From: Candidatus Gottesmanbacteria bacterium
GTDB taxonomy: Bacteria > Patescibacteriota > Microgenomatia > UBA10105 > UBA927
NCBI GenBank assembly: GCA_963809665.1
Contig: CAWEKC010000001.1
Span: forward strand, 94,209-158,208
Direction: 5' to 3'
DNA length: 64,000 bases
Shown one piece after another: positions 38,645-48,281 of this stretch (within the stretch, counting starts at the first letter, position 1; each line of letters starts with the position of its first letter). A program made the position numbers and the translations under genes. The notes below the pieces were generated by a model. The model did no database searches. It worked only from the letters and a program-made list of their open reading frames with translations, and was not told the origin of the DNA.

Positions 38645-40249
38645 TTATTGTACCATGATATCCCGTAGCTTCAATTGGAGACTTTTTCTTCCGTTCCAAA
38701 TGTTCATATCGATGGTATAGGCAATATCAATCGGTTTCCCGGTTTTAACCTTTGGATACAAATCCCCCATGCCGAAAGCTATCGCGTCAATTGAAGATAC
38801 CCTCAATTTCAGATGCTTGCCTTCTGCTCCGACCAACCGGGCATCCGAAACAGAGACACCGCGCGTGACAAACACAGGTTCGGGGCTGCCGAAACCAAAC
38901 GGTTCAAAATCCCGGATCTTCTGCCATAAATCATCCGTTACTGCGGCAAGCGGAAGTTCCATGTCTATCCGCAGTTCGCGGGTTAACAGTTTATCGCTCA
39001 GTTTCTTTTCCGCAAGGCGCTCCAACCGTATCTGCAACTCGTTAAGATTTTTCGTCTCTACGGTAAAACCAGCAGCCATCGGGTGACCTCCGACATCCAC
39101 CAATAAATCGCTGCAACTTTTGATTGCCTCCACAATATTAAATCCGGCAATGGAACGTGCTGAGGCTTTGGAAACTTCCGGCCCCTGTGCAACCACAATC
39201 GCCGGCCGGTAATACGCTTCAACGAGTTTTCCGGCTACCAGTCCGATGACTCCCTGATTATATGTTTCATGCGAAACAAATAATAATTTCGGTAACCCCT
39301 CTTTTGAACCCCCATTCACAATGTTTTTTGCATGCAGCGATGTATCGATCGTCAACTGCTGGCGTTCTTTATTGGTCAGGCCTAGTTTGCGGGCCAGGAG
39401 TATGGCTTTATCCTGTCTGTGGGTACAGAGGAGCCGGAGTGCGTCCATGGCATGAACTAAACGACCCATCGCATTGAGTCTGGGTGCCAATATATGTGAT
39501 ACATCATAGGTGGTAAGTTCTCCCGGCGTCACACCCGCGTCCCGCAACAGTGCAAGAAGCCCGACCCGGCGTGTTTGGTTCAGTTGTTTAAGACCATATT
39601 TTACGATCGAGCGGTTTGCCCCTGTGAGAGATACAATATCCGCAATCGTACCGATAGACGCAAACGCGAGAAGTTCTTCATTTTCGGACAGGGCGTTGGC
39701 GACAAACCATGACACTCCTGCGCCGCAGAGTTGTGTCGTGTGTATGATAGTACAATCCGGAAGTTTGTCGGGCGCCACATGATGATCGGTGACAATCACG
39801 TCAATCCCTAGAGACGCGGCGTAGGCAACCTTATCCCAGGCCGTTATCCCGTGATCAACGGTTATTATAAGAGAAGGATTATGTTGTTTTTTTACCGCAT
39901 CGATGCCTTTTACGGATAATCCGTATCCTTCTTCCACTCTGTGGGGAATATACGGCATTGCTCTTGCCCCCAAAGCATTGATCGTCTCCCACATGACAGC
40001 ACCTGCCGTAATGCCGTCTGCGTCATAGTCCGCATACACAACAATCGATTCTTTGTCTTTAACCGCTTTACGGATTCTGGCAATTGCGTTTTTTAACTCT
40101 TTTGGATCAATGCCTACTTCTTTCGCAGTAAAATCCTTTGGATGTTTCGGATGAAGAAAATTGTCACGATCCGTTATCTCTCTGTTTTTTAAGAGAACAT
40201 CAATAATATTTTTGCTCGGTTTATGCAAAATATGCCACTTCTTCTGCAT
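38645..40249 (-). CDS. recJ: ssDNA exonuclease RecJ
   Basis: DYDADG, TVDHG, TDHH, GGHPMAAG, C-terminal OB fold. Confidence 0.96.
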   Translation of the reverse strand: MQKKWHILHKPSKNIIDVLLKNREITDRDNFLHPKHPKDFTAKEVGIDPKELKNAIARIRKAVKDKESIVVYADYDADGITAGAVMWETINALGARAMPYIPHRVEEGYGLSVKGIDAVKKQHNPSLIITVDHGITAWDKVAYAASLGIDVIVTDHHVAPDKLPDCTIIHTTQLCGAGVSWFVANALSENEELLAFASIGTIADIVSLTGANRSIVKYGLKQLNQTRRVGLLALLRDAGVTPGELTTYDVSHILAPRLNAMGRLVHAMDALRLLCTHRQDKAILLARKLGLTNKERQQLTIDTSLHAKNIVNGGSKEGLPKLLFVSHETYNQGVIGLVAGKLVEAYYRPAIVVAQGPEVSKASARSIAGFNIVEAIKSCSDLLVDVGGHPMAAGFTVETKNLNELQIRLERLAEKKLSDKLLTRELRIDMELPLAAVTDDLWQKIRDFEPFGFGSPEPVFVTRGVSVSDARLVGAEGKHLKLRVSSIDAIAFGMGDLYPKVKTGKPIDIAYTIDMNIWNGRKSLQLKLRDIMVQ

Positions 40250-40267
40250 ACCAGCTATAATAGCAGT

Positions 40268-41596
40268 ATGATCCCGTTACCTCAATCTGCCAAACATATC
40301 ATAGATACTCTTACTAAAGCCGGCTATCAGGCATACGCAGTCGGAGGATCCGTACGGGATATACTCATGACCAGGCCGACTCATGGATGGGATTTTACCA
40401 CCAATGCGGCGCCGGAAGAGATTCTTAAACTGTTCCCCGACAGTTTTTACGATAACAAGTTCGGAACCGTCGGAATTAAATTACCCGGGGATATTTATGA
40501 AATTACGACGTACCGGAGTGAAAAGGGGTATACCGACCATCGCCACCCGGACAATATCCGGTGGGGTAAATCGCTTGAAGAGGATCTTTCACGCAGGGAC
40601 TTCACCATAAACGCAATTGCCTTTGACGGTAAGTCTTTCATTGACCCCTATCACGGCCAGGAAGATCTCGCCGGTAAACTCGTACGTGCGGTCGGAGAGC
40701 CGGAGAAACGTATCGAAGAAGACGCCCTCAGAATGATGAGGTCGGTCCGTATTGCATCTGAACTGGGTTTCATGATTGAACCAGAAACTCTGAAAGCAAT
40801 TAAAACGAATGCGCATCTTATCCGAGACATTTCCGCTGAACGGATCCGTGATGAACTTCTGCGGATCCTTGCGTCCCCTTTTGCTGCCGACGGGATTTTA
40901 CTTCTCAAACAGACGGACCTGTTGAAAATTATCATTCCTGAACTGAACGCTGCGTTCGACGTCGGTCAGAAAAGTCCGGCCCGGCATCATATCTATGACG
41001 TGGGAACTCACAGTGTCATGGCCATGAAACTTTGCCCCTCCAAAGACCCGATTATCCGTCTTGCAACCCTTTTGCACGATATCGGAAAGGTACCGACATA
41101 TAAAGTGGACGAAAAAGGAATCATCACATTTTATAACCATGAAATGGTCAGTACAAAACTGGCAAAAGGAATACTTTCCCGCCTGCGGTTCAGCAGGAAG
41201 CAAACGGAAAAAATTCTTACGCTTATCCGGTGGCACCAGTTTACCGTTGACGAACGGCAGACCGATTCGGCTCTCCGCAGGTTTATCCGGCATGTTGGGA
41301 AAGAAAACCTTCCTGATATGCTGGCGCTTAGGACCGGCGACCGGCTCGGAGGCGGAGCCGCGGAGACATCATGGCGTATGGAACTGTTCAAGAAACGTCT
41401 TGAGGAAGTCCAGAAACAACCGTTCACCGTCGCAGACCTGAAAATAGACGGTTTCGACGTCATGAAAACCCTCAACGTCAAACCCGGGCCGATCGTCGGT
41501 AAAACACTCACTGAAATATTTGCCGAAGTTGAAGCGGGAAAACTTAAAAACGAACGGGGCGCATTACTTACGCGACTAACGGATATACATCCATAA
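40268..41596 (+). CDS. cca: tRNA nucleotidyltransferase (CCA-adding/poly(A) polymerase family) with HD domain
   Basis: VGGSVRD, DLSRRDFTINA, EDALRMMR, LLHDIGK. Confidence 0.9.
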   Translation: MIPLPQSAKHIIDTLTKAGYQAYAVGGSVRDILMTRPTHGWDFTTNAAPEEILKLFPDSFYDNKFGTVGIKLPGDIYEITTYRSEKGYTDHRHPDNIRWGKSLEEDLSRRDFTINAIAFDGKSFIDPYHGQEDLAGKLVRAVGEPEKRIEEDALRMMRSVRIASELGFMIEPETLKAIKTNAHLIRDISAERIRDELLRILASPFAADGILLLKQTDLLKIIIPELNAAFDVGQKSPARHHIYDVGTHSVMAMKLCPSKDPIIRLATLLHDIGKVPTYKVDEKGIITFYNHEMVSTKLAKGILSRLRFSRKQTEKILTLIRWHQFTVDERQTDSALRRFIRHVGKENLPDMLALRTGDRLGGGAAETSWRMELFKKRLEEVQKQPFTVADLKIDGFDVMKTLNVKPGPIVGKTLTEIFAEVEAGKLKNERGALLTRLTDIHP

Positions 41597-41888
41597 CCAC
41601 TTCCTCGTAGGGATGCACACGTTTAACCGCTGTGAGTATTTTTTTCAAATCTTTTTTATAACAAACCATTTCTATTCGTTCCTCTGCTACCTCCTCTAAT
41701 TTTCCTGTTTTTCCAATAGTAGGGTGTGCTCCGGGCAGAGGAAAAAATCTTCCCGTTCCTTTCACGGAGAAACTACAGTGAGCATAGTTTCCGACCCGCC
41801 CCGCACCGGCTTTTCCCATTGCATCCCGAACAAAATCTGCGTGCGTCTCAGGTACGAACACAACAATTTTTACTGTTTCATTTTCCAT
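41568..41888 (-). CDS. Stand-alone YqfO/NIF3-type PII-like domain protein
   Basis: KIVVFVP...GAGRVGNYAHCSF...HPYEEV. Confidence 0.88.
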   Translation of the reverse strand: MENETVKIVVFVPETHADFVRDAMGKAGAGRVGNYAHCSFSVKGTGRFFPLPGAHPTIGKTGKLEEVAEERIEMVCYKKDLKKILTAVKRVHPYEEVVMDVYPLVA

Positions 41889-42729
41889 GTTTTCTCTTTT
41901 CCCATCTGTCCCACAGGATTAATACAGGAGTTGCAACAAACGGGGAAGAATACGTGCCGGAGACGGTGCCGATTAAGAGCGCTATCACGAACCAGCGGAT
42001 GGTTTCACCTCCGAGAAGCGCTAACGCAAGTAACATAAAAACGATAGTAAATGAATTTGCGGTTGACCGTCCGATGGTTTCCGTCATTGCTCTATCGCAC
42101 AGGGCATCAAACGGCAACTCTTCCCCGCGCCGGAGCATTTCCCTGATGCGGTCAAACACCACGATGGTATCGTGTACGGAAAAACTCATTGTCGTCAAAA
42201 ATGCGGTCACGAAAAGTGTGTCAACTTCAACTCCCCACCAGTGCCCGAATAATGAAAATAATCCGATGACTACCAGCAGGTCATGGATAAGCGCAATGAC
42301 TGCTGATATTCCGAATTTAATATTTCTGAACGCATACGCAACGTAGGCAAGGATTGCAAACATGGCAATGAGCGCCGCGGTAACTGTTTTATTCAAAAGT
42401 TCTTTACCCAATACCGGGCCTACGGTTTCATCGCGGATGATATTGGCAGACAACGAAGCAGGGATCTTTTCGCTGCTCTCCTGCAAGCGCAGGATAAACG
42501 TACTTGTTGAAGTTTTCTGAATACTGATGATCGGGAAATTATCTTTCTTTGCTATTGCACTGATAGAATCCGCAGTTATGTTTTTATCAGCCTTAAGTTC
42601 CACCAGTGTTCCACCGGTAAAATCTATGGAAGGATGAAGTCCCCACCGGATAAGCGAATAAACGCCCGGCACAAGAACCAAGCTGGAAATGATCATATAC
42701 AGCCAGATATATTTTGAAAAACGAATCAT
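41878..42729 (-). CDS. secF: Protein translocase subunit SecF
   Basis: IDFTGGT, VGPVLG, HDTIVVFDRIRE, GTYSS. Confidence 0.96.
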   Translation of the reverse strand: MIRFSKYIWLYMIISSLVLVPGVYSLIRWGLHPSIDFTGGTLVELKADKNITADSISAIAKKDNFPIISIQKTSTSTFILRLQESSEKIPASLSANIIRDETVGPVLGKELLNKTVTAALIAMFAILAYVAYAFRNIKFGISAVIALIHDLLVVIGLFSLFGHWWGVEVDTLFVTAFLTTMSFSVHDTIVVFDRIREMLRRGEELPFDALCDRAMTETIGRSTANSFTIVFMLLALALLGGETIRWFVIALLIGTVSGTYSSPFVATPVLILWDRWEKRKHGK

Positions 42730-44033
42730 GTCTTCTCCTTATACATCACACGTATAAACGTTCTTGTGACTACTATTCCGGTAAATAAACTTGCCAGTAC
42801 TCCGATAAATAATGTCACGGCAAATCCCCGGACCATACCGGAACTCGGTAGAAACTGCCAATTACCCGGGTTGTAAAGAATTGCACAGGTAATCAATGTG
42901 GTAAAATTTGCGTCCCGGATGCTGTCCCACGCTTTACCGAATCCTAATTCCATTGCTACTTTCCACGGACGGCCTGCACGTTTTTCTTCCTTAAACCTTT
43001 CAAAAATAAGGATGTTCGCATCCACTGCCATGCCCATGGATAAAATGAAACCCGCTATCCCGGGAAGCGTAAGCGTTATCGGAATCCAGCGGAAAATCGC
43101 AAACGTAAGAAGTCCGTATACCACGAGGGCCATATCAGCAAACAGTCCCAGCCAGCCATACTGGGCGATCATAAAGAGGGCAACGATCGTGAGACCTACG
43201 ACTCCGGCAGTAATACTTTTTGTCACCGATGAAGCCCCGAGTGTTGCCCCCACGGTTTCCTTCTGGACTACCGTGATAGGCACCGGTAACGCCCCTGCGT
43301 TAAGCTGCAACGCAAGCGCTTTTGCCTCCTCCTGGGTAAATTGCCCGTTGATGACAGCCTGACCGTCAACAATTTCCTGTTTGACAACCGGTGCTGTTAC
43401 CAGAGTGTTATCCAAAAATATAGCAAGAGGTTTCCCAACAAGACGCTTGGTGACATCTGCAAACTTTTTAGCGCCCTCGGAACTGAACGCAATTGCCACC
43501 TGAGGCGCACCGGTCGTGGTATCAAACGAGACCTGCGCACGTGTCAGATCTTTACCGGTAATTCCCACGGACTTGGTCATGGCAAGAAGATCTGCATTCG
43601 TCGTGGTCGCGCTTATGGACGCATTAGGCTCTGTAAACTCACGGAATTCCAATTGCGCAGTCTGACCGATAAGTGCTATTGCCTGGTTAACATCCGAGAT
43701 GCCGGGCAGCTCCACGATAATCCGGTAGCTATTTTGGCTTGTTGCTGTTTGTACAACCGGTTCCGTGACACCGAAAAAATTAACCCTGCGCTCGATAACC
43801 TGTTTGGCAGATTCCAGCGCGGATGCACGGTCTGACGAACCAATGTCTTTCATGTTCGCATCCAAAACCAGTTGCGTTCCCCCCGAAAGATCCAGCCCGA
43901 ACTTCGTCGTAAATTTTTTCGTGAACGGACCGATCTGAAAACCCGGGTGATATTGTTCCGGCAGATCAATATACACTGCAAGAGCAGTGAGTAAAAGGAT
44001 AATAATAAATACACGGCGAGGATCTTTAAACAT
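42726..44033 (-). CDS. secD: Protein translocase subunit SecD
   Basis: GLDLSGG, GALPVP, GMAVDANILIFER. Confidence 0.97.
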   Translation of the reverse strand: MFKDPRRVFIIILLLTALAVYIDLPEQYHPGFQIGPFTKKFTTKFGLDLSGGTQLVLDANMKDIGSSDRASALESAKQVIERRVNFFGVTEPVVQTATSQNSYRIIVELPGISDVNQAIALIGQTAQLEFREFTEPNASISATTTNADLLAMTKSVGITGKDLTRAQVSFDTTTGAPQVAIAFSSEGAKKFADVTKRLVGKPLAIFLDNTLVTAPVVKQEIVDGQAVINGQFTQEEAKALALQLNAGALPVPITVVQKETVGATLGASSVTKSITAGVVGLTIVALFMIAQYGWLGLFADMALVVYGLLTFAIFRWIPITLTLPGIAGFILSMGMAVDANILIFERFKEEKRAGRPWKVAMELGFGKAWDSIRDANFTTLITCAILYNPGNWQFLPSSGMVRGFAVTLFIGVLASLFTGIVVTRTFIRVMYKEKT

Positions 44034-44039
44034 AGAAGG

Positions 44040-44621
44040 TCAACTTACCAATTCCTCTTCATCTCCGATAATCATACTGCGCGATCCTTCCAAGATCGAG
44101 AGGGCAAACGGATCACGGCGGCGTTTGCGGAATATGAATTCTTCTTCCGTCATCACGGTGTAATTAATTTCCCGCTCGCGGCGTACTTCCTCTGCTTTTA
44201 CCAGTTGGGAAAGCTCCGGAAGTACAACGTTCCCCACAACCAACAGGTCCACATCTGTTGATGATTTTTTAGGTAACCCCCGCAGGTACCGGCCAGACAA
44301 CATGGCAAACTTGATGCGCCCCAGTTTGGCGCGCTGTTTGATAAGATCCCATCCTAAACCCGATGTCTTTGAAACCAACCCTAACAGATCGAAGTACAAC
44401 GGATAATCCTTACGGAAAGAATAAAACAGCCTATTGGCCCGCTGTTCCTTGGCGACCATGCCGGCTTTCTCCATGTGAGCGAGTTCGCGCCTCACGGCAT
44501 TAATCTCCTCCCCGACTTTTCGCACAATATCACGGACATGAAATATAGTACCGGGGTGGGTAAAAAATAACGTCAGTATTTTTACCCGAACCCTGGAGAT
44601 AATAATATCTTCTAAAATCAT
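44040..44621 (-). CDS. HTH plus nucleotidyltransferase-like domain protein
   Basis: N-terminal HTH (HVRDIVRKVGEEINAVRREL), C-terminal SG...DVDLLVVG; alternative start 44630. Confidence 0.75.
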   Translation of the reverse strand: MILEDIIISRVRVKILTLFFTHPGTIFHVRDIVRKVGEEINAVRRELAHMEKAGMVAKEQRANRLFYSFRKDYPLYFDLLGLVSKTSGLGWDLIKQRAKLGRIKFAMLSGRYLRGLPKKSSTDVDLLVVGNVVLPELSQLVKAEEVRREREINYTVMTEEEFIFRKRRRDPFALSILEGSRSMIIGDEEELVS

Positions 44622-44655
44622 AACGTTCATCCCCGGGCAGGGTGATACGTTCCTG

Positions 44656-45834
44656 TTATTGGTACGAAATCGGTGTACCAGTAGGAAGCATCTCAATCCA
44701 AATTTGACCGCGATTAAAGCTTACTTCTTTTCCGGTCGTATCAAAGAATTGAGTACGGGCCGTACGGGTAGGTTTCTTCCAGGTAACTTTAATCGTTTTC
44801 CCGTCCTGATACAGAATGCCTGTTCCTGTGCCGATATTAGCATATAACAGATGCAAATGCTCATCGACCGGCCCCGTTTCAGTCGCAAACAATATAACGA
44901 TGTCTTTTGCCGTCAGCTGTTCTTTTGTTTCCAAATCCGTTTGCGCGGCGCCTCCGTTAAACCGCTTGTAACTATTGGATGCAGGATCATACACCCACTT
45001 TACAGCATAATCCGAATACCCTTTCCAGGCGGTAAATGATGCGCTGAATGATGCCCCTCGCTCCGAAGCGGGAGCATCGTCCTTGAACTTCCACGGGACG
45101 AAATTTTTATCCCATGAGACACCGCTTGCATCTACATTGGTCCATCCGCGCTGGGCAGCGAGAGTGTACAGTTTATCCGATACACACACCATAGTGTGTT
45201 CGGTGGACACCGGATGGTCAAGCCGATCGGGATTCCTGTAGCATGTGGGAAACGAAATACCGAACTGGTCCATATCTTTAATGTTATACTGGTCAATCTG
45301 GCACAGAGCTTTGGCGCGCTCATCCACCGTCGGATCACTGCATACGCCCGCTCCACCTACGTGGTTATATAAAGCGTCATATTCCAACACCCAGGGTAAA
45401 TAGTATGTCCTGGCGCTCCGCACGGGCGCTAAATTCACGTTTCCGGCAGCAATACCGCAATAAAATACACCCATAAACCGCGTTATGCCGCCTTCCGCCA
45501 CTGCCTCATAAACGACATCTGCCAGCGACAATCCTGATTGCGGCCGTGCTTCAGCATGGTTTTCGATCATGACCGCAAGCGGGCGTCTCTTTTGCCAGAC
45601 TGCTTCTTCCTGTTTCGTATATAGTTTGCCGTTTAACGGACATGGTTGAGTCCGCGGGATTGAAGGATCTATATTAAAATGTTGCTGGACTCCGCCGGGA
45701 GTCGCGGTCGTAGTAACAGCAGCCCCACCGGAGGTTTTCCCGATATACGTAAACGCTCCGTACGATAACCCGCTGGCAATTAAATAAACCGCAAGCCCGA
45801 TAAATCCTGTAATCAAAAACTGTTGTTTATTCAT
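44656..45834 (-). CDS. DUF3048 (YerB-like) extracytoplasmic protein
   Basis: RPLAVMIEN...ARPQSGL..ADVVYE..AEGGITRF, PVRSAR, GQIWIE. Confidence 0.9.
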   Translation of the reverse strand: MNKQQFLITGFIGLAVYLIASGLSYGAFTYIGKTSGGAAVTTTATPGGVQQHFNIDPSIPRTQPCPLNGKLYTKQEEAVWQKRRPLAVMIENHAEARPQSGLSLADVVYEAVAEGGITRFMGVFYCGIAAGNVNLAPVRSARTYYLPWVLEYDALYNHVGGAGVCSDPTVDERAKALCQIDQYNIKDMDQFGISFPTCYRNPDRLDHPVSTEHTMVCVSDKLYTLAAQRGWTNVDASGVSWDKNFVPWKFKDDAPASERGASFSASFTAWKGYSDYAVKWVYDPASNSYKRFNGGAAQTDLETKEQLTAKDIVILFATETGPVDEHLHLLYANIGTGTGILYQDGKTIKVTWKKPTRTARTQFFDTTGKEVSFNRGQIWIEMLPTGTPISYQ

Positions 45835-45845
45835 ATATCTATCCT

Positions 45846-46316
45846 TTAAAACGGTTTTGCTTTTTGTATAGCTGTCTGTTCTTCTTTGGACAAAACAAGT
45901 TCTTTTCCTTTTCCTGCTCTCACTTCTTTAATATACCACCGATTACCGGTCCTGGCATAGAGTGACGTCATTACCAGTCCGTTATCGTGCCCGTCTAAAA
46001 GTGAAAGCGTAAAACTCTGGCTTCCCCCCGTATCCGAAAATGGATTAAACCGTACCAGTCCGACCCGTTGAATATGCAGCCTCCCGTCCTTACGGATCTC
46101 ATCCAATACTTTGTACAAATCTTTTGTCTGGCTTTGCAGGCCTTTCTGCGTCACAAGCATTACTTCTAAAACATCTTTTAATCCGGTTTTATTCGTGGCC
46201 CCCGTGAGCGTGTTGTAATGCCGCACCATCCGGAGCACAATGACCGAAAGACCCACCACCCACGCAATTAACACAAAAAAAATAACCCCCGAAACAATAT
46301 CTAAAGTGAACACCAT
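45846..46316 (-). CDS. DUF4446 family protein
   Basis: TM, coiled coil, VRFNPFSDTGGSQSF..LLD...G.VMTSL. Confidence 0.88.
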   Translation of the reverse strand: MVFTLDIVSGVIFFVLIAWVVGLSVIVLRMVRHYNTLTGATNKTGLKDVLEVMLVTQKGLQSQTKDLYKVLDEIRKDGRLHIQRVGLVRFNPFSDTGGSQSFTLSLLDGHDNGLVMTSLYARTGNRWYIKEVRAGKGKELVLSKEEQTAIQKAKPF

Positions 46317-46421
46317 TGGTATTCATTATACTACGATTCTTACCGCTTTTATGTCAATAAGATTCCTTAAGAGTTGACAAGTTAGCCTCAGGCATGCTAC
46401 GCTCTCCGCACGAGGCTAGGT

Positions 46422-46700
46422 ATGCCTAAAAAATCAAAAAAAGAAAAAATCCTTGCAGACCTCCGGCGCAGGGTCCATACGGAGCAATCTCTCACGACCC
46501 GGATTCCCACTCTCGTGAAAGAAGACGAAGATCCTGTATTTAGTTTCCGGGTAAAAAAGGAAGTCATAACGCCCTTGCATATACCACCGCTACAGCAGCC
46601 ATCAGAACTCACTGCCATCAAACGGGACTTATACAAAACTTTCATTCTCGCAGCTATGGCAATTGCAGCAGAAGTCATAATTTATTGGTTCAGACGATGA
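46422..46700 (+). CDS. Hypothetical protein with basic N-terminus and C-terminal TM
   Basis: 92-aa ORF; TTGACA at 46374 upstream. Confidence 0.7.
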   Translation: MPKKSKKEKILADLRRRVHTEQSLTTRIPTLVKEDEDPVFSFRVKKEVITPLHIPPLQQPSELTAIKRDLYKTFILAAMAIAAEVIIYWFRR

Positions 46701-46719
46701 GAGGAGGTGAATAACGAAT

Positions 46720-46863
46720 ATGGCAACAATGTATTGTGTAAAATGCCGCGCAAAGCGCGACGATCCTAAAGCCGTCAAAGTAACGATGAAAAACGGCAAA
46801 CCCGCAATGAAAGGCAAATGCCCGGTTTGCGGCACCGGAATGTATAAAATCGGCGCAGCGTAA
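46720..46863 (+). CDS. DUF5679-like zinc-ribbon protein (47 aa, not in the ORF track)
   Basis: MATMYCVKCRAKRDDPKAVKVTMKNGKPAMKGKCPVCGTGMYKIGAA; strong RBS GGAGGTGA. Confidence 0.88.
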   Translation: MATMYCVKCRAKRDDPKAVKVTMKNGKPAMKGKCPVCGTGMYKIGAA

Positions 46864-46890
46864 GTTTTTTGCAAAGAATTTTAACTGTCT

Positions 46891-46918
46891 CCCCGCCCTT
46901 CGCGAAGGGCGGGGTTTT
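46891..46918 (+). terminator. Intrinsic terminator
   Basis: CCCCGCCCTT-CGCG-AAGGGCGGGG followed by TTTT. Confidence 0.75.
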
Positions 46919-46934
46919 ATGGTATACTTATAGG

Positions 46935-47288
46935 GTACCTTGGAATCCGAATTCTCGCTCCGCTTCATCTTTTTTAGTTGATTGCGGAGAGGAAAGTCCA
47001 GACAGCAGAATGCAGGGGATCCCGCGTAAGCGGGATGCGGTGACGCCAGGTGTCCCGGCATCGAAAGATGCCGTGAACGATTCCTGAACTGACAGGATGA
47101 GAGAGTCGCAGAGACGATCATTTCCCTGTAGCCTGACGGCTATGGGAGATGGGTGAAACGTGACAATCCCACCCGCTGCAACCGACGACCGGTCCGTTAT
47201 TACCACGCATTCGGGAGGACCAAAGTGTGCGGGCATCAGAGAAATGAGGATATAAAAACAGAATCTGGCTTATGAGATTCCCGGGTAC
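46935..47288 (+). ncRNA. rnpB: RNase P RNA
   Basis: GAGGAAAGTCCAGAC (CR I), GTGAAACG (CR III), ACAGAATCTGGCTTA (CR V); P1 GTACC..GGAATC / GATTCC..GGTAC; TG-N-TATACT just upstream. Confidence 0.95.
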
Positions 47289-47324
47289 ACAAAAGATCCC
47301 TCTTATTTAGAGGGGTTTTTTGTG
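47288..47324. terminator. Probable bidirectional terminator between rnpB and the convergent gene
   Basis: CCCTCT-TATTT-AGAGGG flanked by A- and T-tracts. Confidence 0.6.
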
Positions 47325-48274
47325 AAATATCGTATCAATACCTGAATGACAAGTACCACCGGCACTGCAAGTACCGCACCTGTTACCCCTGCTAGTCTGC
47401 CTCCGATCAGCAGCGCGAGTATGGAAACAAGCGGGGAAAGTCCGACACTCTGCTTCATGATGATCGGTACGACGATATTCCCCTCCACCTGATGGACGAT
47501 GACATACAAAGCTACGACACTGAGTGCTACTATCGGCGACATTGAAAGCCCGATCAAAACAGCCGGGATTGCCGAAATAATAGGACCGATATTCGGAATG
47601 ATTTCCAGAAGACCGGACACGATAGCGATGGGCAGCGCAAAATCCACACGGAGAATTGTAAGGCCGATGTACACAAACAGCCCGATCGAAATCATAAGGA
47701 ATAATTCACCCCGTACCCAAGCGCCCAGGCGGTGTTCTATCGCACGGAGTATAATAATGGCGCGCTCTGCAACAGATTCACCGAATGTATCAGCTATAAT
47801 TTTCTTCGTCCGGCCCCGCTCCAATAGGAAGTAAAATGTGAAAAAAAGCACGGTAAAGGTCGTAACAATATTAGAAAAAAGGCCGACCGTAAACTTCACC
47901 ACGTTTTCTCCGATGGGCGCCAATTGCTGAACAATAGTCGATATATTAACATTCCAGTACGGTAATACTTTTGCAATCACTGCCGGAAGCTCTTCCACTA
48001 ATTTTGTCGTCTGCGTCACAAGAGTGGGTATGGAGCTCACGATCAAAAACCCGAACATCCCGAATATCACGGCATATACGATAATTATCGCAAGCAGCCG
48101 GGGAATCCGTACCTTCTCCAGAAGAACAACCAGCGGATAAATGGCGGTCATCAGAAGAAACGCAATAAACAAAAGAAAGAGAATGTCCCTGATCTGGAGA
48201 ATAAGCCATATCCCCGCAAGGATCGCCAGGGTCGCCAGGACGGTTCGCATGGATATTTCAATCTTCCGGAACAT
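47303..48274 (-). CDS. AI-2E family transporter
   Basis: Multi-TM; LEIIPNIGP, HQVEGNIVVP, GAVLAVP. Confidence 0.93.
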   Translation of the reverse strand: MFRKIEISMRTVLATLAILAGIWLILQIRDILFLLFIAFLLMTAIYPLVVLLEKVRIPRLLAIIIVYAVIFGMFGFLIVSSIPTLVTQTTKLVEELPAVIAKVLPYWNVNISTIVQQLAPIGENVVKFTVGLFSNIVTTFTVLFFTFYFLLERGRTKKIIADTFGESVAERAIIILRAIEHRLGAWVRGELFLMISIGLFVYIGLTILRVDFALPIAIVSGLLEIIPNIGPIISAIPAVLIGLSMSPIVALSVVALYVIVHQVEGNIVVPIIMKQSVGLSPLVSILALLIGGRLAGVTGAVLAVPVVLVIQVLIRYFTKNPSK

Positions 48275-48281
48275 ACGTGCC

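Noticed and set aside
46690-47236. ORFs 46690..47121, 46869..47087 and 46928..47236
   Set aside because: They overlap RNase P RNA and the DUF5679-like gene
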